DNA of 43,391 nt from Candidatus Woesearchaeota archaeon (lineage in GTDB: Archaea > Nanobdellota > Nanobdellia > Woesearchaeales > WJKL01): contig JAZGHU010000037.1 of NCBI GenBank assembly GCA_036481345.1, positions 1 to 43,391 of the forward strand, written 5' to 3'. A model generated the notes under the pieces. The model did not search any database. It saw nothing but the letters and a program-made list of their open reading frames with translations, and was not told the origin of the DNA. Position numbers and translations under genes: made by a program. Below, one piece after another: positions 36,301 through 42,200 of the stretch. Each line of letters begins with the position of its first letter. Position 1 is the first letter of the stretch.

Positions 36301-38195
36301 TTACTATCTTTAACTTCTGCTCCTAAATTTATCTCTTCAGCAACACCAAATTCAAATGCTTCAGTATGTTCTCCAACTAAGATTCTAAATCTCTTATTAT
36401 TCCAATTATTAACAATAAGAGTTACATTCTCTCCTGCAGTTGAAACATTTTGACTCAGTTCATAATCTACTCTTCCTTTTACAAATAGTGGAATAGATTC
36501 AACAGAATCATGATGGAATACAACAGTCAATGTATCTGTTATATTGTCATGCACAACAGAATCAATTACAGCATCATAGCTTGGATCTTCTTTTATCTTT
36601 GTATAGAATCCTTCAAGCACTGTTTCATTAAACTCTTCAGATAGATTATGCAATACATAATCAACTTTGTTAATCTCCAGCACTCCAGAATCTAATTCAA
36701 ATACAACTTTATAATCAGTATCACCCAATCCAGGAGGTAATATACATGTCTCTGAACAAACAGTTGAGAAATCAATCTCCTTAATCTCCACAGCTTTATC
36801 AGGATCAAACACAACAGTCTTTGAATTGATTATCAAAGTTGTTTCATCTTTAATCCTTACTCTAACTCTTCTCTTTGTATCATCAGAATAACTAAAGTGT
36901 GTTTGTATTACAACTTCCTGTTCTCCTACATCAAGTATTTTCTCCTCAGCTATCTCCAAAACATAAGGCTCTTCATATCCTTCAACATCTAATACTAGAT
37001 AACCAATACCAACAGACTGATTTTCCTTATTATCAATAGTAAGAACAACTTCATTTATTGTTCCCCATGATTTCTTCAACACATGATGGAACTCAACATC
37101 CTTAATCTTAACATGTTTATATTTCTCTAATGGTACAATATCTTCTATTAGCTCTTCTTCAACAACAGGTTCTTCTGTAATGTTGACTTCTTCAACAGGC
37201 TCTTCTATGATATCTACTTCCTCTGTAATATTAGTTTCTTCTTCTGTTACATTATCAACAACATCAGTGACATTAACTTCTTCAGTTGCATTGTCCACAG
37301 TAATGTTTGTTATAGTTATGTTATCAGTAATATTTACATCTTCAGTTAGGTTAATCTCAGTAGTGTTTATTTCTTCAGACACATTGGTCTCTTCAGTTAA
37401 ATTAATCTCTTCTGTGATGTTCACTTCTTCTGTAATGTTAACTTCTTCAGTAACATTAACTTCTTCAGTAATGTTTACTTCCTCTTCAATCTCTTCTGTG
37501 ATATTCTCTTCAACTACTTCTTCCACTTCCTCCCCAATAATTTCTTCCGCTTCAATTTCCTCTGTAACCTCAACTGCCCCTTCAACTTCCTCTTCAAGAA
37601 TTTCCTCTCCTTCCTGCTCAAGTTCTTCATCTTCTTCTACTTCCTCAACAACTTCTTCCTCATACACCTCCTCTTCCTGCTCTTCAACTTCAGTTATTTC
37701 ATAATCTGGCTCAGCTTCTTCAGGCATTGGTTCTTCTTCAATAAACAATCCAGTTATTCCAGACAAATCTTCCTTAGCAATTGTTTCTTCATCCAAGATT
37801 AAGAATCTGTTTCCATTATCATCTTCAAGATAAGCTTTAACTGTTCCATTGCCAACATAACTTCCACTCAATCTAAACGTTCTCAGATCAAATGCTTCCA
37901 AATCTTCATCTATATTAAATCCATATTCTGCATCTGCATCCATTGTCCAGCTAACATTTTTTTCATAAGCCAATAAACCCTCTTGAGATAAGAAGTATCC
38001 TGTAATTCCAGGAGCTAAGAAATATATTGCTGTCATCAATAACATGATTACAAAGAATACTATGAAAGCAGGAGATTTAATAAAACTCATTAAAGGCTTT
38101 TTCTTTCCACTAAATATTGGTTTAATGTTCAATCCATTGAATGCTGGAGCTGCCTTAAAGCTTCTATTTCCTTTGATTTTTATTTTATTTTGCAT
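27390..38195 (-). CDS. Giant surface protein (3601 aa): N-terminal anchor, acidic NxTEE stalk, DUF2341-like + LamG-like + MAM-like domains, ~13-15 Cys/Trp-rich tandem modules, many Ig/FN3/CARDB-like domains, Cys-knot, coiled coil, C-terminal TM anchor
   Basis: Uninterrupted 10.8-kb ORF. TM FIVFFVIMLLMTAIYFLAP. LDFDGSNDYI...FTLEAWIYP...WYHVVMTFD (LamG_3-like). MDITIGNAGTSTLTNFPAYINL...IWARIPSLP (DUF2341-like). ITFWYHMYGSALGTLYLEW...GDASLDNITV (MAM-like). C-terminal IGVSILAILVLSLLGAGAYYGY. Confidence 0.9.
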   Translation of the reverse strand: MQNKIKIKGNRSFKAAPAFNGLNIKPIFSGKKKPLMSFIKSPAFIVFFVIMLLMTAIYFLAPGITGYFLSQEGLLAYEKNVSWTMDADAEYGFNIDEDLEAFDLRTFRLSGSYVGNGTVKAYLEDDNGNRFLILDEETIAKEDLSGITGLFIEEEPMPEEAEPDYEITEVEEQEEEVYEEEVVEEVEEDEELEQEGEEILEEEVEGAVEVTEEIEAEEIIGEEVEEVVEENITEEIEEEVNITEEVNVTEEVNITEEVNITEEINLTEETNVSEEINTTEINLTEDVNITDNITITNITVDNATEEVNVTDVVDNVTEEETNITEEVDIIEEPVEEVNITEEPVVEEELIEDIVPLEKYKHVKIKDVEFHHVLKKSWGTINEVVLTIDNKENQSVGIGYLVLDVEGYEEPYVLEIAEEKILDVGEQEVVIQTHFSYSDDTKRRVRVRIKDETTLIINSKTVVFDPDKAVEIKEIDFSTVCSETCILPPGLGDTDYKVVFELDSGVLEINKVDYVLHNLSEEFNETVLEGFYTKIKEDPSYDAVIDSVVHDNITDTLTVVFHHDSVESIPLFVKGRVDYELSQNVSTAGENVTLIVNNWNNKRFRILVGEHTEAFEFGVAEEINLGAEVKDSKDTTIVAEIELIDSLTEEVKDKKVKGEKNKLVEEGEYNVKVKLEKHPVKSVEYKDMEIYEDFVDDIRIDDVPEEGTNYVEVYAIDPTNLNFTNATVTVTAKGTELYKCKDWNFSTQTCFGDWVLFKTGLVPGQDYTFTLTPEDPGFGEWANATFDRCMDITIGNAGTSTLTNFPAYINLTYDSDMQPDYVDLRFYNASCGDGGSLMDYEIESSDGSSAHIWARIPSLPSAGTVISVYYKNDTAVSSGENPAGVWDSNYKMVQHMDEDPSDTAPQMKDSTNNNNATSAGSMTSGDQEDGKVDGSLDFDGSNDYIYRDITTTPASFTLEAWIYPTAAGVVFAEQGQQTPSSGWHAVLMSFVGTNTINVGYYGGSHYTLGLGTTYSLNNWYHVVMTFDNADNTVRGYVDGVEQNSATQDKQWPGDWWLGIGANAASGPGYFTGNLDEIRVSDTPRSADWTNMTYQIVVNQGSLVTFGAEQIPNTAPTTPTNITCDGSNNCNITVDTSVDLNASGSTDADGDNITYVIEASLSSSTSASDGTDVSMAVEGGAGEAATYTINFDDESCANYNNDVLNWTSDNTNFWTCAATTPSGTTGPSGGSVGGTVTGGNNFIFTETSTGTECEGTDCSTESAFVLDKDSSDSSITFWYHMYGSALGTLYLEWNASGSWTSLWSQVGQDGDQTAETSDWKEVTIDLDAQSPANDYGLRFRHVHASGYQGDASLDNITVSAGGGGASNETNTTYTDYTDVSSDQNSINNITIKVEVDSYNPSASVDQGTNDPDLWLEVYNGSEFIEIGNFSLPATYTGTGLDTTNYNFSLSTTDASILTAWQTQANQDLRIMGRYMDHNGSVADEINYTNVFITISGSGWSNIGNHTETAAFTWNTTALAEQTGIDLRARAIDISGTNTYSSYFTKGSNLTISHGPPCNVSLTNTSWTAWINFTCAGSQMNQSRNLTQYDQNECGGANTTFFEYQLVGPNYQNTSWTSWLNISCLASDTMNQTRNLTQYDEYSCASNTTYIEYQNVSFCDYCTPSLTNTSWTSWYNTSACYVNDTIDQTRNLTQYDTNYCGEVSNTTYYEYQAAACDYCTPNMVNTSWSGWSNLTCSGDEMNQSRELTQYDDNSCGEIGNSTFYEYQLVGPTYLNTSWSGWLNISCLVSDTMNQTRNLTQYDDYSCAANTTYYEYQNVSFCDYCTPSLANTSWTSWLNISCLPSDTMNQTRNRTQYDQNYCGEVGNTTYIEYQNVTFCDYCTPSLTNTSWTSWYNTSACYVNDTIDQERNRTQYDSNSCGEVGNTTYYEYQAGSCDYCTPNMVNTSWSGWSNVSCSGDEMNQSRERTQYDNNSCGEIGNTTYYEYQLVGPSYLNTSWTSWLNITCLPSDTMNQTRNLTQYDDYSCASNSTFVEYQNTSFCDFCTPSLTNTSWTSWYNTSACYVNDTVDQERNLTQYDNNYCGEVGNTTYYEYQAAACDYCTPNMINTSWSSWSNLSCSGDEMNQSRERTQYDNNSCGEIGNTTYYEYQLVGPSYLNTSWTAWYNTSVCLVNDTTEQERNLTQYDLYSCAANSTYYEYQAVGCNYCSYSVVNTTWTGWQDSSACYLNDTKDQNRSRIEYDENYNTCYAVTGLGSDLWNSGNNNTYWEYQSSACDYCTPSWTAINTSCNTADNKTQWYNDTNDCYAITGLESDNNPPANQTFSCDYCTEDIQGPTNTSCNSSDRLNNYYVDNNYATCCVVTGLGSDCSIDNGSYDNQTLVCDYDGVPDMWIISPQATTYGVNVLINISSAGATDVWFNSGSGNETYTSSLYRNFSEGGHTIYAWANDSYGNVNSTSVSFTIDLTAPDSNIVSVDGDTSAPYWDTSNNSQTILAATTETGAQCRWGTSDVVYSSMSNDCSVSNGSINCNLGDVAQVASTTYYISCQDQYGNEQTTGQNIDVSFGVDWTVPTTYDDYDGYIKLPGHDVTIHEEDLPNATLITTYYCNDTTNTCSAETLIDDLDTVQFDIRGTNYLKYYSVDGANNTQDVRTTQVFINNLISIGSLSYVDYNGHSFDVSVSPTDADSSQNISCILYHRETGGYDNKAMTGTTTKTATISEADGYTPLDTIEMYIVCNDSMETVNTTPETHELGNNIPATPTLLSPSDNITTTGTTMLLWYTSSDLDNDTITYYVYGDTNADPTTLIYNGTATSYNWTTLTLTPNQLQNNYWKVKAGDSYQNSSFSEIRNIIVNDTRGVSVTYPADQDTDRSVNAVYTITITNEGTGADTYNLTLNNINSASTAVLNQTSVSLGVDENQNVTLTVTDDDTVGEYVVNITATSNSDTSVSTEINITTTVYGTLSAYSLLPNEAPPVIFYEGLDISFQGYVYDELSNAIGGATITFEPIYDTYSYTCTNTTDLGGGYYNCTMNTEGMQRPNYYDVRINASKTYYHSGTFTNSTMFLLADNQEAELTLYKLPTVQSLNDTTIVYNISNILTNLRGTSESTNLTDQDASQTWELGNIITETVTRSYLLTYTRGSDAYTVTLNKSNVSGYDAVYDNSLFAESNQPLIVIPENETLNQLTLIKNLIYQNQTTTNVTYQIVIEVVNSGEIDLEDIEVTDTDIELDTQINLTEGESWQTSAYIIIQKNPQTHTETFVKTRASASGDISYSNQPSITIPGYGGPFDVIITSIPSSVEQGNTITAEIELINQNPEIAEDRWLTTTIKDADGTVYDIDIRTVYVGRNSSLTTSVTLTAPSGTGTYYLSSEIVWPTATANATSSFEVTAPSDEGGSTGGSTGGTGAAEEVVCGDNICSSTETKERFQECIVDCGYDCDGDGIGESWLRCIIAIKQIPANLKKDVITLENKVIQLENKISELKEEGLATGEAEELLDELKESLEKAEENIAFGRFDYARNLIKNAYANAATIISVVGPTGATVISIGDIKIPWTGIGVSILAILVLSLLGAGAYYGYELTALARLRLRRVKLERMNQEIDDKIDEVYLKKGGT
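31070..33536 (-). repeat. In-frame tandem array of ~13-15 Cys/Trp-rich modules (~50-57 aa each) with a 3-module super-repeat
   Basis: Consensus CDYCTPSLTNTSWTSWYNTSACYVNDTIDQxRNLTQYDxNYCGEVGNTTYYEYQ. Modules with and without the CDYCTP prefix alternate. The last 3 modules are degenerate. Confidence 0.9.
37170..37510 (-). repeat. Imperfect 18-bp (6-aa) tandem repeats encoding N-[IVL]-T-E-E-[VI]
   Basis: Protein reads ENITEEIEEEVNITEEVNVTEEVNITEEVNITEEINLTEETNVSEEINTTEINLTEDVNITDNITITNITVDNATEEVNVTD... The + strand shows repeated gtaaYRttaacttcttca units. Confidence 0.8.
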
Positions 38196-38721
38196 TCTTT
38201 TTCATTGCACGATTATAGACAGTCCATATTGTCCTTTCATTTCTTTGCAGTAATTCACCAATTTTATGATAAGAAAGTTTGAAATTTTCTTTGAGATAAA
38301 CAACAACAGCTTCAAGCAGACTTAATTTTGTCCTCAAAGCAGAAACAGGGATGTTATATTCAGTTTCAGCAGGAGGAATAACATCAGAATATTTTTTCAT
38401 TGCATTTTTATGAGCCTGCCACACTGTCTTTCTATCCCTTCCAAGCATCTTTGCAATCTTTGTAAAATCAATATCCAAATTTTCTTTAAGATATTTAACA
38501 GTTGTTTCCAAGGGACTAAGTTTTTTAATAAAAACAGTGCAAGGGATCATAATATCTTCTTGGATAAAGTTCAAGACATCTGTTGTAGAAATATGATACT
38601 TTTTTTTCAGTCGTTTTAATAAGATCTTAAAAACAGCAAAATCTTCATCTTGATAAAGTTTAGAACTATCAAATTCTCTAGATTTCTGTGTAAAACCCGC
38701 TCTAATGCCTCTCTTTTTCAT
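38185..38721 (-). CDS. Tandem-duplicated helix-turn-helix (sigma-70 region 4 / LuxR-like) DNA-binding protein
   Basis: 178 aa with two similar halves: LSPLETTVKYLKENLDIDFTKIAKMLGRDRKTVWQAHKNAMKK and LSLLEAVVVYLKENFKLSYHKIGELLQRNERTIWTVYNRAMKK. Stop overlaps the start of the 3601-aa gene by 11 nt. Confidence 0.7.
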   Translation of the reverse strand: MKKRGIRAGFTQKSREFDSSKLYQDEDFAVFKILLKRLKKKYHISTTDVLNFIQEDIMIPCTVFIKKLSPLETTVKYLKENLDIDFTKIAKMLGRDRKTVWQAHKNAMKKYSDVIPPAETEYNIPVSALRTKLSLLEAVVVYLKENFKLSYHKIGELLQRNERTIWTVYNRAMKKNAK

Positions 38722-38734
38722 TACTTTTACTGTA

Positions 38735-39029
38735 ATTTAAGTATAATTATCTATATATGTAAGTAATGACTATATAAATATTATTGTTTTTTAGTACATA
38801 TGTAAGATATATGCCTATTAATGTAAGTAATAATAACCTTAAATGTAAGTAACAAATATACAAAATAAGATACTCTCTCTTTATATGTAAGTATTTAGAA
38901 CTTTAATGTCAGTATTGATATCCATATATTGTATCATATTATGTAAGTATTTAGCTCTCTATATGTAAGTATATACTTCCCTATACTTCCATATATGTAC
39001 AAAAGCATAGAAATATTTATATATAAGTA
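38735..39029 (+). repeat. Phased array of ~10 direct copies of ATGTAAGTA in the divergent intergenic region (iteron/operator-like)
   Basis: Exact copies start at 38757, 38821, 38843, 38885, 38941, 38963. Variants start at 38735 (ATTTAAGTA), 38800 (ATGTAAGAT), 38906 (ATGTCAGTA), 39021 (ATATAAGTA). Spacings are 22, 43, 21, 22, 42, 21, 35, 22, 58 nt. All copies are on the same strand. Confidence 0.8.
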
Positions 39030-39045
39030 TACACATTTGTATACT
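39026..39045. promoter_or_regulatory. Palindromic operator-like site AGTATACA-catt-TGTATACT immediately upstream of the RHH ORF
   Basis: Perfect 8-bp arms (39026-33 / 39038-45), ending 2 nt before ATG 39048. Overlaps TATA-like ATATTTATATATAAG (39013-39027). Confidence 0.5.
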
Positions 39046-39047
39046 CA

Positions 39048-39203
39048 ATGAGTAAAAATGAGCAGAGTGATAAGCAAAAAGTAACTTTAAGCATAGATTC
39101 TAAAACTTATAAACAATTTCAAGACCATTGCGAAGAAAACGCAATAATGCTTTCTAAAAAAATAGAATTATTCATGAAAAAAGAATTAGAGGAGACTAAG
39201 TGA
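39048..39203 (+). CDS. 51-aa ribbon-helix-helix (CopG/Arc/MetJ-like) protein, not in the ORF track
   Basis: Hand translation MSKNEQSDKQKVTLSIDSKTYKQFQDHCEENAIMLSKKIELFMKKELEETK. Pattern of a beta-strand (KVTLSID) plus two short helices. Size typical of RHH repressors. Confidence 0.55.
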   Translation: MSKNEQSDKQKVTLSIDSKTYKQFQDHCEENAIMLSKKIELFMKKELEETK

Positions 39204-39234
39204 TACTTACGAACAAAGTGAGGAAGGTTTGGAA

Positions 39235-42200
39235 ATGAAATTTCCAAAAAAGAAAAAAGGCGTTTGGATTAAGACAGCAATCATCTTAGCTCTTGCTTTA
39301 TTAGCCTCAAGTTTAGTTTCTGCTGAGACTGCAAACCTCACATCAGCAATTTATAGCGGAGGAGATAAACTTTCAGATGTTTCAGCAAAAGATGATTCTT
39401 ATTTCTTAGCAGACATGAAAGATGTTGCTAAGGGATTCTACTTAAATTTCTCATCAGATCTAACTAATGGTTCAACATTGAATGTCTTTGCTAAACAAAC
39501 TACAGGAATCACAATAGGAATATATGCACAATCAGACACATCAGGAACAACTCCTCTTGGAACATTTTCAATAACTTCTGGAACAGGAGATTGGTATAAT
39601 ACAACTTTAGATATTTCAACTCCAACAAATGGAATCTGGTTAGGAGAAGGAACTGGCTCTGGACAGAATCCTAAAGATGAATTTGATTTCTTTAGTGCCA
39701 CAATCCCTTCAGCATGTACTGCAAACTTAACAAATACCTCTTGGTCATCATGGACAAATATAACTTGCTTAGCAAACGACACAATGAATCAATCTAGAAA
39801 CTTAACTCAATATGATGCTAATGTTTGTGGAGGAGCTAATACAACATTTACAGAATATAGAGCAACAGAATTCTGTGATTATTGTACTCCTTCATTAACA
39901 AACACATCTTGGACATCATGGTATAATACAAGCAGCTGTTATGCAAATGACACTATAGACCAAGAGAGGAATCTTACTGAATATGATGGCAATTATTGTG
40001 GAGAAGTTAGCAATAGCACTTACTTTGAATATCAGACAGCTGCATGTGATTATTGCACACCCAACTTAATTAATACGTCTACAGCCTGGACTAATATTTC
40101 CTGCCTTGTATCAGATTTGATGAATCAAACAAGAAATACAACTCAGTATGACAATAATTACTGCGGAGAAATAGCAAACCAGACTTTTGTAGAATATCAA
40201 GCAACAGAATTCTGTGATTATTGCACTCCAAGTTTAATAAATACCTCTTGGACAGAGTGGTATAATTTAACAGGGTGTCAAGCTAATGATACAGTTCTGC
40301 AGGAAAGAAACTTAACTCAGTATGATTCAAATAGTTGTGGAGAAGTTGCTAATACAACATTTACAGAACAGCAATCTGTAGCATGTGATTATTGCACCCC
40401 CTCATTAACAAATACATCATGGAATTCATGGTTAAATATTAGTTGCTTGTCAGATGATACTATGAACCAAAGTAGAAATCTGACTCAATATGATACAAAT
40501 AGTTGTGGAGAAATTGCTAATCAAACATTCATAGAATACAGGAATACAGAAGCATGTGATTATTGCACACCTTCATTAACAAACACATCCTGGAGCAGTT
40601 GGAATAATATATCCTGTCTATCAGACAATACTATGAACCAGTCTAGAAACTTAACACAATATGATTCAAATAGTTGTGGAGAGATTGCTAATCAAACTTT
40701 TACAGAGTATCAAAATATAGAAGCATGTGATTATTGTACTCCTAATTTATTGAATACATCATGGACAGCGTGGTATAATTTAACAGGATGTCAAGCAAAT
40801 GATACTGTTCTGCAGGAAAGAAACTTGACTCAATACGATAGTAATGTTTGTGGAGAATTTGCTAATCAGACATTCACTGAGCAGCAATCTGCAGCTTGCA
40901 TTTATCAAGTGAATATTAATGAAACAGTTGAAGATGCTTCAAGCAATCCAATAAATACAACAATAATCATAATTGATGAATCTGATAATTCAACAGTATA
41001 TAATCAAACAGCCAATTCCCACAACTTAAATGTAGATCATAATAAAGAATACACAATTAGAATTGTCCCTCAAAACAATAAAATAAAAGAAATTGAATTC
41101 ACTAATGTAAATATAACAGAACCATTAAATCAGATTATAGACATAGATAATCCAGCAGATAACCAAGGCTATATTGATCTTTATGCAATCAATCCATTGA
41201 TTAACTTAAGTCCAGGACAAACATTTACAGTTACAGTTACAGCATCTGCAACTTCAAATGTTCTTTACAAATGTGTTGATTGGAATTTCACATCAAGAAC
41301 ATGTGAAGGAACTTGGATATTGTCTAAAATAATCAACCCAGGACAAGATTACATTATAACTTTAAACAGCACAGACCCAGGATTTGGAGAAGATAATATT
41401 ACTGCGAACCTTACTTCAGCAATACATGTTGGATCTGATGTACTTAGCTTCTTAATTTCAAAAGATGACAATTATTATTCAGCAGATGTGAAAGATGCTA
41501 GTAAGAAACTTTATCTTAACTTCACTCATAATATAACTAATCAAAGTATATTGAAAATTTATGCTAAACAAGTTAATGGAATTACAGTAGGGATATATGC
41601 ACAATCAGATACATTAGGAACAACTCCTTTAGGAAATTTTACAGTAACTTCTGGAACAGGAGATTGGTATAATATAACCTTAGATTTATCCACAGAGACA
41701 AATGCAATCTGGTTTGGAGAAGGAACAGGTTCAGGAACAGATCCAAAAGAAGAATTTGATTATGTCTATGTAGAGATATTCATCGCAAATAGCCTGCCTA
41801 ACTCAACAACCCCAATAATAACACCTGCAACAGCATATACCAATAACAACTTAAATTGTACATTTACAGTAACAGATGAGGATAATGACAGTTTAAGTGT
41901 TAATTACACTTGGTATAATGGCTCAACTCTAGTAATAACAGGAACAATGAATGTAACAAATGGAACTCTGACTTCAATAAGTTTAGGAAGTGCAAATACT
42001 TCAAAAGGAGAAACATGGAATTGCTCAATTATTCCATTTGATGGTATAGCTTATGGAATAGAAAAAAGCATAACAAAAACAATTCAAAACTCTTTACCAA
42101 CATCCCCTATAATAGATTTACTTCCAAACAATCCAAATGCAGATCAAGATTTAGTAGCATCAATAACTTCATCAAGTTCAGATTTAGATAATGATACAAT

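Noticed and set aside
37180-37704. 174-aa Ser/Thr-rich ORF on the plus strand.
   Set aside because: It is the antisense shadow of the Glu-rich/NxTEE repeat region of the 3601-aa gene.
38757-38971. GTAAGT core of the repeat resembles the eukaryotic 5' splice-donor consensus.
   Set aside because: The context is archaeal and the region is non-coding, with no exon structure. The resemblance is treated as coincidence.
38735-39029. Repeat array considered as a CRISPR array.
   Set aside because: The repeat unit is only 9 bp and the spacers are 12-49 nt of AT-rich promoter-like sequence. There are no cas genes. Repeat length and geometry fit protein-binding sites, not CRISPR.
39438-39782. 114-aa minus-strand ORF (and the 96-aa ORF at 43062-43352).
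   Set aside because: Both lie inside the long open plus-strand frame 39235 to the window end. That frame has a signal peptide, conserved repeat modules and clear paralogy to the 3601-aa protein.
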